A stretch of DNA of 64,000 nucleotides from IMG/VR virus record IMGVR_UViG_3300045988_135716, positions 32,001 to 96,000 of that record, one strand, 5' to 3'. This stretch comes from a virus. Within the stretch, counting starts at the first letter, position 1. The number at the start of each line of letters is the position of its first letter. The position numbers were made by a program, and so were the translations under genes. The notes under the pieces are model-generated. The model saw nothing but the letters and a program-made list of their open reading frames with translations. It was not told where the DNA came from and did not search any database. Shown one piece after another: positions 54,117-63,356 of this stretch.

Positions 54117-55480
54117 ATGAACTACGAAGATTTTCTAAAACAAAAGGATTATGTTCTGGAAAGTAGTGGATTTAATATTGATAAAGATAAATTAAATCCC
54201 ATGCTATTTGACTTTCAGAAAGACGTAGTAAGATGGGCATTAGCAAAAGGTAGAGCTTGTATTTTTGCAGAGTGTGGGCTTGGTAAAACGCCAATGCAAT
54301 TATCATGGGCGCATCAAGTACATCTACATACGGGCGGTAAAGTTTTAATTCTTGCACCTCTATCGGTTGCGGATCAGACAAAGAGAGAATCTGAAAAATT
54401 CCATTACAATGCAAAAGTATGTGAGAAACAGGAAGATTGTATTGATGGAATCAACATTACAAACTATGAGAAATTAGACAAATTCGTAGCAAATGAATTT
54501 GTTGGAGTAGTCTTAGACGAGAGTTCAATTCTTAAATCCTACACTGGTAAAGTGAGGACTTCTATTATCGAGAATTTCCAAAATGTTCCCTATAAATTAG
54601 CTTGTACTGCGAACCTGCCCCAAATGATTATATGGAGTTGGGAAATCATTCGGAATTTTGTGGAGTTATGACACGTTCAGAGATGTTATCAATGTTCTTT
54701 GTTCATGATGGTGGTCAAACATCTAAGTGGAGATTAAAAGGTCATGCAAAAGATGTATTTTGGCAATGGATGGCAAGTTGGTCTGTATTTATTGATAATC
54801 CATCAAATTTAGGATATGACGGTACAGATTATGAATTACCTAATTTGAATATTCATGAAATTATAGTTGATGGAGATGAACCAATCACTGAATCACTCAC
54901 ATTAACAGAGCGTAGAAATGCAAGAAAAGATACTCTTGAATTAAGATGTCAAAAAGCAGCAGATTTAGTAAATAATTCAGATGAACAATGGTTAGTCTGG
55001 TGTGATCTTAATGCAGAAGGCGATAGATTGAATGAACTGATTGAAGAAAGTAAAAACGTTCAAGGAAGTGATAAGAATAAATACAAGAGTGAAACAATGC
55101 TATCATTTTCTGATGAAAAATTAAAATGTCTTATCAGCAAGCCACAGCTCGCAGGATATGGCATGAATTGGCAGAATTGCCACAATGTTATTTTTACTGG
55201 ACTTTCTGATAGTTTTGAGCAATATTATCAGGCTGTAAGAAGATGTTGGCGTTTTGGTCAGACAAAAGAAGTCAATGTATACATAATCATTTCAGCAAAA
55301 GAAGGTTGTGTAAAAGAGAATATTGAAAGAAAGCAATTAGATTTCATTACTATGAGAGATGCAATGATTAATCTGACTAAAGAAATTACTAAGAAAGAGC
55401 TTAAATCAACGTGTAGGCTTACTACACCATATGAAGCAAATACAACAATGAAATTACCAAATTGGGAGGAATTCAAATAA
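54117..55480 (+). CDS. SNF2/DEAD-like helicase, split by a 1-nt frame shift at ~54612-54614
   Basis: ECGLGKTPMQ (motif I), VVLDESSILK (II), ...KLACTA | PAPNDYMELGNHSEF... continues in next frame; QAVRRCWRFGQTKEV (VI); two track ORFs 54117-54671 and 54602-55480. Confidence 0.75.
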
Positions 55481-56388
55481 TGATGAACGTAATTGATCAA
55501 GCAGTAGCAAATAGATATGCACTTTATCATGGAGACAGTGTAGAAATTACTAAGGAGATTCCAGATAATAGCATTCACTACACTATCTTTTCACCACCAT
55601 TTTCACAGTTATATGTGTACTCTAATTCAGATAGAGATATGGGTAATTGTAAAGGTGATGAAGAATTCTATAATCATTTCAAATATCTTGCAAAAGAATT
55701 ATATAGAATTACAATGCCTGGACGACTTCTGAGTTTTCATTGTATGGATTTACCTCTTATGAAATCAAGAGATGGTGTAATTGGATTAAAAGATTTTCCT
55801 GCGCTCATGCTTAAAATCTTTCAGGATTGTGGATTTATCTATCATAGTAAAGTAACTATTTGGAAGAATCCTGTTACAGAAATGCAAAGAACAAAAGCAC
55901 TTGGGCTTTTACATAAACAGATTAAGAAAGATAGTAGTATGAGTCGTCAAGGACTTCCAGATTATGTGATCACGGTTAGGAAGCCTGGTGATAATCCAGA
56001 ACGAGTTGAACACACAAATGAATCATTTCCTGTTAATGTATGGCAAAATTACGCTTCACCTGTATGGATGGACATTAGGCAGAGTGATACATTACAGAGA
56101 AAATCAGCAAGATCTGAACAGGATGAGAAACATATTTGTCCATTACAGCTTGAAGTAATTCAGAGATGTATTGAATTATGGACGAATCCAAACGATATTG
56201 TGTTTGATCCGTTTGGTGGAATTGGTTCTACTCCATATGTTGCACTTAAATTAGGAAGAAGAGGAATTGCAAGTGAATTAAAAGATAGTTATTTTGAGCA
56301 GTTGAAGAAAAATGTAGAGTCTGTGGCTGCCGAAGAACCAGAATTATTTCCAGTTGGAGAAAAGAGTATTGAGGATGTAGTCGCATAA
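55480..56388 (+). CDS. beta-class DNA amino-methyltransferase (N6-adenine or N4-cytosine)
   Basis: IFSPPF (motif IV) precedes FDPFGGIGST (motif I); GGGAGG SD; TAATG overlap with helicase stop. Confidence 0.8.
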   Translation: MMNVIDQAVANRYALYHGDSVEITKEIPDNSIHYTIFSPPFSQLYVYSNSDRDMGNCKGDEEFYNHFKYLAKELYRITMPGRLLSFHCMDLPLMKSRDGVIGLKDFPALMLKIFQDCGFIYHSKVTIWKNPVTEMQRTKALGLLHKQIKKDSSMSRQGLPDYVITVRKPGDNPERVEHTNESFPVNVWQNYASPVWMDIRQSDTLQRKSARSEQDEKHICPLQLEVIQRCIELWTNPNDIVFDPFGGIGSTPYVALKLGRRGIASELKDSYFEQLKKNVESVAAEEPELFPVGEKSIEDVVA

Positions 56389-56435
56389 GCGGCTATATTC
56401 CTTATACAAAATATAATTTAAAGGAGAACAACACT

Positions 56436-56579
56436 ATGAAAGATTCAGTAAAAGAAACATTAAAAAGACTTGGGATTTCACTAACAAAAGAAACAGATAA
56501 AGGAACTTGTGTGAAAACTTCATATGAATTATTGGAAGAATTAGCAGAAAAGTGGGAAACACAGTTATTAAAAGATTGA
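56436..56579 (+). CDS. hypothetical 47-aa protein
   Basis: AAAGGAG SD. Confidence 0.4.
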   Translation: MKDSVKETLKRLGISLTKETDKGTCVKTSYELLEELAEKWETQLLKD

Positions 56580-56599
56580 TAGTTTGAAAGGGTGAGAAC

Positions 56600-56809
56600 A
56601 TGAAAACAAGTACCAGATATCAGTGTGAATTTTGTGGAACAGAATATTCAGATAAAAATAAATGTAAACAGTGTGAAGAAAATCATAAAACAAATTTAAA
56701 AATTATAGGAAAAAAATATGTCTCATTCAAAGGAGATAATACTGGATATCCTACAAGAATTGAAGTGGAGTTTGAGAATGGAGAATTTGTGACATATAAA
56801 CGCTATTAG
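56600..56809 (+). CDS. small zinc-ribbon protein
   Basis: CEFCG...x...CKQC. Confidence 0.45.
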   Translation: MKTSTRYQCEFCGTEYSDKNKCKQCEENHKTNLKIIGKKYVSFKGDNTGYPTRIEVEFENGEFVTYKRY

Positions 56810-56810
56810 T

Positions 56811-56826
56811 TGAAACACGAGTTTCA
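56811..56826 (+). promoter_or_regulatory. intercistronic TGAAA-N6-TTTCA element (TGAAACACGAGTTTCA)
   Basis: 6-bp stem, 4-nt loop, 1 nt after stop, followed by AGGAG. Confidence 0.6.
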
Positions 56827-56841
56827 CAGGAGAAATAATTT

Positions 56842-57435
56842 ATGAGTTATATTATTAAATCACCAGATGAACTAAAAGATCCATTCTTATGTTATTGTGT
56901 ATTCCATAGATTTATGGAAGAAGCTGGCGAAGATTATATTGATTACAATGAATGTATTGTAAACGGGACACCATTATTGTTCTGGATGCTTGGCAAAGGA
57001 TATATTTCAGATAAAGAAACAGAAGAAGTATTAAAGAGAAGTAATGGGAGATATATTTATGTTTCAGATATTTTAAAAGACGATGCGATTTTTAAAAAGA
57101 GTTACGGTGACACATCAATTGGATCAGCAAAATCATATAGCATTTTAGCGGAATATATGTGTCAGATTTCAGAATTTAGACAAAGATTATATGATAGTGT
57201 ATATGACAAAGCAACAGGATTTGAGAATTATAAATTTTATAAAGATGAAAATGAAATTAGTCTTGCTTGTATTATCAGTGATGAAAATATGATTGAAAGT
57301 AAATTGTATTCTTTAGAAGAATTAAAAAATATGACAGTATATGAATTTGATGATTTATCATATAAAGATCAGTTTAATGCAGTAAGAAATCTTACTATTA
57401 AAGAAGCCGATGGTATAGAAGAAAAATATAGTTAG
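56842..57435 (+). CDS. hypothetical protein
   Basis: 197-aa ORF. Confidence 0.5.
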   Translation: MSYIIKSPDELKDPFLCYCVFHRFMEEAGEDYIDYNECIVNGTPLLFWMLGKGYISDKETEEVLKRSNGRYIYVSDILKDDAIFKKSYGDTSIGSAKSYSILAEYMCQISEFRQRLYDSVYDKATGFENYKFYKDENEISLACIISDENMIESKLYSLEELKNMTVYEFDDLSYKDQFNAVRNLTIKEADGIEEKYS

Positions 57436-57471
57436 TTTAAACACGGTTTTCAAAATTTGTAGGAGAAAAAC

Positions 57472-57780
57472 ATGGTTTTAAAAGATAAATATAATAATAA
57501 ATCATATTATTGCAAACTCACAGAAGACTTAGACCATTGCGCAGGATTTGATAAAAAAGCTTATAAGTATTATGAGCATTATTTACTTGATTATCGAAAT
57601 GTTGATGGGTTTTATAATTTTCCAATTCGTGTTCCTGGTGGTACAGTTGGTGGAATTTGGGTAGACGATCATAATATAATTGTTAATATAAAGATTGATC
57701 GTAATTATGTTGTGAAAACATATTCTGATGAATTGGATGCAATTATAGAGAAATACATTGGTAAGAAGATTGAGCTTTAA
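57472..57780 (+). CDS. hypothetical protein
   Basis: ORF with TAGGAG SD. Confidence 0.5.
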   Translation: MVLKDKYNNKSYYCKLTEDLDHCAGFDKKAYKYYEHYLLDYRNVDGFYNFPIRVPGGTVGGIWVDDHNIIVNIKIDRNYVVKTYSDELDAIIEKYIGKKIEL

Positions 57781-57792
57781 GAGGTGAAGTAG

Positions 57793-58233
57793 ATGGAGAG
57801 ATTAACAAAATGGGAAGATGATAGTATCACATATAACGAAAAACGAGAGTTTGAGTGTGGTGAATATTGCGATAGCTGCTCACAGGGTGCAGGAAATTGC
57901 AAAACAGTAGAGAATATGATTAAAAAGCTTGCCACTTATGAAGACTTAGAAGAACAGGGATTGCTTGTGAGATTGCCGTGTAAACTTAAAGATAAACTAT
58001 ATCATTTTTACGGAATAGATCTTGAAGATAATTTTGCAGATGTAATATCAGACGAAATCATAATGGAAGTTGTAGCAACGGAATTTATAATTGATAGTTA
58101 TGAAACCGCAATTAAGTGTATCACTGATTGGAATAGTCCATATGAATATTTGCCAGTGGTAGAGTTTGGTAAAACAGTATTCCTCAATCGTGAAGATGCT
58201 GAAAGAAAATTAAAGGAGTTAGAAAATGAATAA
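57793..58233 (+). CDS. hypothetical protein
   Basis: ORF with GAGGTGA SD. Confidence 0.5.
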   Translation: MERLTKWEDDSITYNEKREFECGEYCDSCSQGAGNCKTVENMIKKLATYEDLEEQGLLVRLPCKLKDKLYHFYGIDLEDNFADVISDEIIMEVVATEFIIDSYETAIKCITDWNSPYEYLPVVEFGKTVFLNREDAERKLKELENE

Positions 58234-58435
58234 TGTGTATCTAGTGATGAGAGAAAAAGATAATGTATTGGTTTCGATTATGCGAAATAAATTAGATGGT
58301 ACATATTCTTTTGTAAATTTAACAAAAGGACACATATGTACTTGTAAATTTAATAGTATTGAAGAAGCGATAAACGATATTCAAACTAAAAAAGAAAATG
58401 ATGAAGTTGTAGATTATTTTAAAGTAGGTGAGTAA
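58226..58435 (+). CDS. hypothetical protein
   Basis: ORF overlapping previous by 8 nt. Confidence 0.45.
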   Translation: MNNVYLVMREKDNVLVSIMRNKLDGTYSFVNLTKGHICTCKFNSIEEAINDIQTKKENDEVVDYFKVGE

Positions 58436-58438
58436 ATA

Positions 58439-58702
58439 GTGGATCGAAGAAATAGAAAGTATTATTTAGTGGAATTATCATATTGTCATAATGCATGTGT
58501 GAAAAAATTAAAAGAAATTAGAACTGTAAAAATTTCAAATCCTTATGATTTTGATAAAGATAAGGAATATGGATATGCAAATTGTTTAATTGGATTCTCC
58601 AATGATGTAGAAAATTCTGTTCTTACAGTTTTAAATTCAAAATGGGAATATGGTTATAAAGCAGAATATAAAGAAATTACTAAAGAAATGATTGGACATT
58701 AG
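58439..58702 (+). CDS. hypothetical protein
   Basis: ORF (GTG start). Confidence 0.45.
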   Translation: MDRRNRKYYLVELSYCHNACVKKLKEIRTVKISNPYDFDKDKEYGYANCLIGFSNDVENSVLTVLNSKWEYGYKAEYKEITKEMIGH

Positions 58703-58720
58703 GAAAGGTATAAATAAAAA

Positions 58721-59224
58721 ATGGGAAAATCATTGAAATTTATAAAAGAGAGAATCCAATCAGGTGGAACAAACGGTATGGAAAATAATAAATATGACTG
58801 GATGGAAGAACAAACACCGTTTGAAGTTCTCAAAGAACCATTAAAATTAGTAATTAAAGATTCTATCTTATGTAACCAGACATTTGAATATAACATTCTA
58901 AATAAAGGTATATTTAATGTAAAACTTATTTATAATCCAGATGCCGAATATGATTATTTTACAATGCAACGTTGTTCATCTGATGGCACTTATGCACATC
59001 TTTATGAACTAATGGAAATATGTGTAGAAAACATCATTAATCTTAAAACTTATTTTAAGAATGTAACGCTTCCAAAAGATTTATCAGGGCATACTTTAAT
59101 TTATACTATAGGTAATTTTGTTTTAACTTCCGAAACGGATAAGGAAAAATTTAAAACAGAGGATAAGCCTTGGTTGGATTGTAGATTTACAGCAATGTTA
59201 CCTATTAAATTTGAGATTGAATAA
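58721..59224 (+). CDS. hypothetical protein
   Basis: 167-aa ORF. Confidence 0.5.
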   Translation: MGKSLKFIKERIQSGGTNGMENNKYDWMEEQTPFEVLKEPLKLVIKDSILCNQTFEYNILNKGIFNVKLIYNPDAEYDYFTMQRCSSDGTYAHLYELMEICVENIINLKTYFKNVTLPKDLSGHTLIYTIGNFVLTSETDKEKFKTEDKPWLDCRFTAMLPIKFEIE

Positions 59225-59264
59225 TATTTTAAATCGGACAGAAATTTAATTGGGAGTGATATCA

Positions 59265-59555
59265 ATGTGTAAAACAAGTACAAATATTAAACATAATCCA
59301 AAAACAAAAGTAACCGATATAGAACAGATTCTCGAGATTATAGATGATAGACCTTATTATTCATTAAAATATAAAAAAGTTGGAGAAGACTATTATCATA
59401 TAGGATATAGTTCATATGATTTCCATAATGTTCTTCAATGGGAGCAAGAATGTTTTGAGCTGGCTAATTGTATTGAATGTAAGTATGAACAGAAAAATGT
59501 TGTAGGGAGAAAGTGTCAAGCGTGTATAGGTAAAAATATGTTTGAGAAAATATGA
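59265..59555 (+). CDS. hypothetical Cys-containing protein
   Basis: GGGAGTG SD before ATG 59265. Confidence 0.45.
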   Translation: MCKTSTNIKHNPKTKVTDIEQILEIIDDRPYYSLKYKKVGEDYYHIGYSSYDFHNVLQWEQECFELANCIECKYEQKNVVGRKCQACIGKNMFEKI

Positions 59556-59565
59556 GGAATAGAAA

Positions 59566-59751
59566 ATGATTAGTTTAGCAGGAAGTAGATTTAGAGTAGA
59601 GTATGATTTTGATAACGATGAATATAAAGTATTCACTAGGGATCATAGTGGACAAAAAGAAGTCACGGAATCTTTGAGTGCAGAGGACAAGGAAGAACTA
59701 ATAGATGATTTAATTTATGCTATTACAAAACTGGTCACAAAGGAAGCCTGA
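59566..59751 (+). CDS. hypothetical acidic protein
   Basis: ORF; stop TGA is first 3 nt of TGAAACGGCAGTTTCA element. Confidence 0.45.
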   Translation: MISLAGSRFRVEYDFDNDEYKVFTRDHSGQKEVTESLSAEDKEELIDDLIYAITKLVTKEA

Positions 59752-59820
59752 AACGGCAGTTTCATTTGGAGAAATAAAGCACATAACAATAAATAATATA
59801 TAAAATAGGAGGAATAAAGA

Positions 59821-60429
59821 ATGATGAACAATTTTTTAAACGGGATGTTTGGGAAAATTGGAAGTGGAATGTGTAGGCTTTCAATGAATGGAGGAATTGC
59901 AGTAAAAACATCAAACGGTTACAAAAGCTACAATGTTAAAACAGGTAAACTTACTAATTGTAGCAATTTTGTGTTTGATATTGGAGAAGAATTTTTCTTT
60001 GTAATTCCAACAAATAAAGTAGAAAAAGGTGATATTATTTTAGTTAATAATAAACCAAAATGTGTCATTGAATCTGATAAAACTAAAATTACTGTAATCA
60101 ATTATGAAGATTCAACAGTAGAAACTATTTTACCTGAGAGACATGTATTTATGGGTAATACATATTTTTATGGGAAAATTGTTTCAATGTTTGGATGTGA
60201 TATTTTAAAAGGAAAGAAAGGCACAAACAATATTTTTAAATATATGATGCTTTCACAAATGATGAAAGGTGAAAACAATTCTTCTGGAATGCTAAATGGA
60301 AATAGTGGAGGAATGAGTGCTATGTTACCATTTATGATGATGGGTGGAAATATGGGAGAAATGTTTGATGGAATGTTTGATTTTGATACAGACAATGATA
60401 CAAATGTAGAAGAAGAGGAGGAAGCATAA
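59821..60429 (+). CDS. hypothetical protein with Met/Gly-rich region and acidic tail
   Basis: 202-aa ORF, TAGGAGG SD; no family recognised. Confidence 0.5.
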   Translation: MMNNFLNGMFGKIGSGMCRLSMNGGIAVKTSNGYKSYNVKTGKLTNCSNFVFDIGEEFFFVIPTNKVEKGDIILVNNKPKCVIESDKTKITVINYEDSTVETILPERHVFMGNTYFYGKIVSMFGCDILKGKKGTNNIFKYMMLSQMMKGENNSSGMLNGNSGGMSAMLPFMMMGGNMGEMFDGMFDFDTDNDTNVEEEEEA

Positions 60430-60430
60430 T

Positions 60431-61309
60431 ATGGGATGTGGATCATGGACAAGAGCTAGTTATACAAGTTATTCAAAATCAGTAGGAAGAAGTGTTTCAA
60501 AAGATGGAACAATTAGTGGTTCTTATTCTAATCAGGATATGTTCAAAGCTACAAATATTGATCCTGCACTGAATCCCAAAAATGTAATCAGAGAATGTTG
60601 CGACACAGAAGAACATCCAAATACAGTTCCAGTTATTTTAGCATTAGATGTTACTGGATCTATGGGACAAGCTGCCGTTGAAGTAGCAAAGAAACTCAAT
60701 GTAATTATGACTAAATTATATGAGAAAGTAACAGATGTTGAATTTCTCATTATGGGGATTGGAGATTTAGCATGTGACTTTTATCCTATTCAAGCTTCTC
60801 AGTTTGAATCAGATATTCGTATTGCTGAACAGCTTGATAAAATTTATTTTGAATTTGGTGGTGGTGGAAATAATTACGAGTCTTATACCGCAGCATGGTA
60901 TTTTGGTTCTCGTCATACAAAGCTTGATTGTTTAAATCGTGGAAGAAAAGGAATTATCATCACTATGGGAGATGAACAGCTTAATCCATATCTTCCGTTA
61001 AGAGGTCGTTATAGCGGATTGATTGAAGCAACAGGGGATAATCTTCAAGATGATGTAGAAACAAAAGATTTATATAATGAAGTTTCTAAAAAATTTAATA
61101 TTTATCATTTAGATGTAAATCATGGTCGTAGATGGGACGAAGATGAGATTGAAACATCTTATAGAAAATATCTTGACGATGTTCATTTTAGAAAAGTGAC
61201 TATGGATAGTATTACGAATGAAATTGTAGACATTATCATTAATGAAGCAGAAAATAATGTAGTAAATTCAGTTACAAAATCTTCTGGTTCAGAAGAAATT
61301 ACATGGTAG
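60431..61309 (+). CDS. von Willebrand factor A (vWA)-domain protein
   Basis: VILALDVTGSMG MIDAS-like DxTGS motif followed by alternating beta/alpha pattern. Confidence 0.6.
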   Translation: MGCGSWTRASYTSYSKSVGRSVSKDGTISGSYSNQDMFKATNIDPALNPKNVIRECCDTEEHPNTVPVILALDVTGSMGQAAVEVAKKLNVIMTKLYEKVTDVEFLIMGIGDLACDFYPIQASQFESDIRIAEQLDKIYFEFGGGGNNYESYTAAWYFGSRHTKLDCLNRGRKGIIITMGDEQLNPYLPLRGRYSGLIEATGDNLQDDVETKDLYNEVSKKFNIYHLDVNHGRRWDEDEIETSYRKYLDDVHFRKVTMDSITNEIVDIIINEAENNVVNSVTKSSGSEEITW

Positions 61310-61326
61310 AATAGGAGAATTAAAAG

Positions 61327-62427
61327 ATGAAAGACATTAAGATTGTAATTGGAGCAAATTTTGGGGATGAAGGAAAGGGCTTGATGACAGATTATTTTTC
61401 GCAAAAATCCAATAGCATTGTTGTGTGTTCAAATGGTGGAGCGCAAAGAGGACATACTGTAACAACGCCAACTGCAATTAGACATGTCTTTCATCATTTT
61501 GGATCAGGTACATTTAATAACGCAAGTACATATTTATCTGAGGATTTTATTCTTAATCCAATTATTTTTAAACAAGAATATGATGAGTTAGTAAAACTTA
61601 ATCATAATCCAAATGTATATATTAATCAAAATTGCATGATAACAACTCCATTTGATATGATAGCTAATCAAATCGTTGAGGAAAGCCGTGGTAAAAATAA
61701 ACATGGTAGTTGTGGATTAGGGGTTTTTGAGACAATTAAAAGATATAGAGCTGGTGTAACTGATTTAGATTACAATATTAAAGAATACTATTTGGAACAA
61801 CTTAAAAAGGAGGACATTGAATTATCAGGCGAATGGTTGAAAATCTTTTTTGATAATGGTATATTTGAACATTTCTTAGAAGACTTGGATTTTATGAATA
61901 GCCATTCATTGTGTATTTCAGATGAATATTTCTTAAATCAGTATGACAATATTATTTTTGAAGCAGCACAAGGGCTTTTACTTGATCAAAATAATATTGA
62001 TTATTTTCCACATCTTACCCCATCTAACACTGGAATTAAAAATCCCAAGAAAATAATTGAAAATATTGAATGGAATGATGATATAAATATTGAAACTTGT
62101 TATGCATCTCGTACTTATTTAACAAGACATGGCGCAGGGAAATTTCCATCAGAATGCAATAAAAATTTTATTAACGAATATATGTATGATAAAACAAATG
62201 TTCCAAATCCTTTTCAAGATAGATTAAGATATGGATATCTTAATCTAAGAGAACTATATAATAGATGTTCTGATGATATTGGAGATTTTGGAAACACAAA
62301 ATCAATTGCAATTACCCATTGTAACGAATATGACAAATGGGATAATGATTTGCTTATAAATTTATTTAATGATTGGAATATTTATTATTCTGATGGAGAA
62401 ACCCGAAATGATGTAGATTTAAGATAA
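61327..62427 (+). CDS. adenylosuccinate-synthetase-family (PurA/PurZ-like) enzyme, short divergent form
   Basis: IVIGANFGDEGKGLMTD (P-loop GDEGKG with catalytic Asp) and NGGAQRGHTV (GHT His); 366 aa, shorter than bacterial PurA. Confidence 0.6.
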   Translation: MKDIKIVIGANFGDEGKGLMTDYFSQKSNSIVVCSNGGAQRGHTVTTPTAIRHVFHHFGSGTFNNASTYLSEDFILNPIIFKQEYDELVKLNHNPNVYINQNCMITTPFDMIANQIVEESRGKNKHGSCGLGVFETIKRYRAGVTDLDYNIKEYYLEQLKKEDIELSGEWLKIFFDNGIFEHFLEDLDFMNSHSLCISDEYFLNQYDNIIFEAAQGLLLDQNNIDYFPHLTPSNTGIKNPKKIIENIEWNDDINIETCYASRTYLTRHGAGKFPSECNKNFINEYMYDKTNVPNPFQDRLRYGYLNLRELYNRCSDDIGDFGNTKSIAITHCNEYDKWDNDLLINLFNDWNIYYSDGETRNDVDLR

Positions 62428-62456
62428 ATAAAATGTTGTTTTCAAAGGAGGATAAG

Positions 62457-63041
62457 ATGAAAAGACAGATAAGAAAATTAGTTTTTGAGACAAATTCATC
62501 AAGCACACACGCTATTTGCATTACAAAAAAGAAAGATAATTATAAACTTCCAAATCATATTGATTTTGAATTTGGTGAGTTTGGGTGGGAATATGGTGAA
62601 TATAGTGATACACGTAATAAAGCATCATATTTAATTACTGCAATTTTTAGTTTTAGCAAAAGTGAAGCAGATGAAAACCTTACACGATTAAAAAATATTT
62701 TGGATTCTCATAATATTACATATTCAATTCCAGAACCAAAAGTTGAATTAGATAGGTGGAGAGGAAAAGAATATTATTATTATGATATTGGTGATAATTA
62801 CATTGACCACGTAAGAGAAACGCAAGACTTTGTAGATGCGGTTTTATCAGATTCAGAAAAGTTATTTAGATATTTATTCGGAGATTCTTTTATTATTACT
62901 GGTAATGACAATGACGATAGCTACAGGGATAGAATGTGTATCTATGAAGGTGAAGAAGAAACAGATTATGGATGCTATCCGATTTACGGAGATTTAAAAC
63001 CTGAATTTAATGATTATGAAATTTATGAGAAAGGAAATTAA
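62457..63041 (+). CDS. hypothetical protein, paralog A with N-terminal KRQIRxxVFETNSSSxH motif
   Basis: MKRQIRKLVFETNSSSTHAICI; AAGGAGG SD before ATG 62457. Confidence 0.5.
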   Translation: MKRQIRKLVFETNSSSTHAICITKKKDNYKLPNHIDFEFGEFGWEYGEYSDTRNKASYLITAIFSFSKSEADENLTRLKNILDSHNITYSIPEPKVELDRWRGKEYYYYDIGDNYIDHVRETQDFVDAVLSDSEKLFRYLFGDSFIITGNDNDDSYRDRMCIYEGEEETDYGCYPIYGDLKPEFNDYEIYEKGN

Positions 63042-63044
63042 ATT

Positions 63045-63341
63045 ATGAAGAGACAAATTAGACGAGGTGTATTTGAAACTAATTCATCAAGCGTACATAG
63101 CTTAACAATGTGTACACAATCAGATTATGATAGATGGAAAAATGGAGAACTTATTTATGATTATTGGGATGGTAAGTTAATTTCAACTGACGAATTAGAT
63201 GATGATTATGAAGAAGGAAGATATTATACATATGAGAATTTTAATGATTATGAACAATTTGATTTTGAAACATATGAATATGACTTTACGACAGAAAATG
63301 GTGATACGGTAGTTGCATTTGGATATTACGGTCACGATTGA
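63045..63341 (+). CDS. hypothetical protein, paralog B with the same N-terminal motif
   Basis: MKRQIRRGVFETNSSSVHSLTM; acidic Tyr/Asp-rich remainder. Confidence 0.5.
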   Translation: MKRQIRRGVFETNSSSVHSLTMCTQSDYDRWKNGELIYDYWDGKLISTDELDDDYEEGRYYTYENFNDYEQFDFETYEYDFTTENGDTVVAFGYYGHD

Positions 63342-63356
63342 TTAGGAGGATTAAGA

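Noticed and set aside
10389-60452. Many antisense or alternate-frame track ORFs, for example 10389-10670(-), 12533-13007(-), 14548-14847(-), 21392-21679(-), 22641-23185(-), 28390-28593(+), 29137-29415(+), 29602-29955(-), 29655-29936(+), 34033-34550(-), 46821-47584(-), 55258-55578(-) and 60168-60452(-).
   Set aside because: These are shadow ORFs lying fully inside better-supported genes with recognisable motifs or SD sites. Their products are hydrophobic or low-complexity, typical of AT-rich antisense frames.
61327-62427. Calling the PurA-like gene purZ, which would imply a 2-aminoadenine genome.
   Set aside because: Only the generic adenylosuccinate-synthetase motifs are visible. The specificity residues cannot be judged without an alignment, and no DatZ, MazZ or DpoZ partners lie in the window. 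I kept it as a family-level call.
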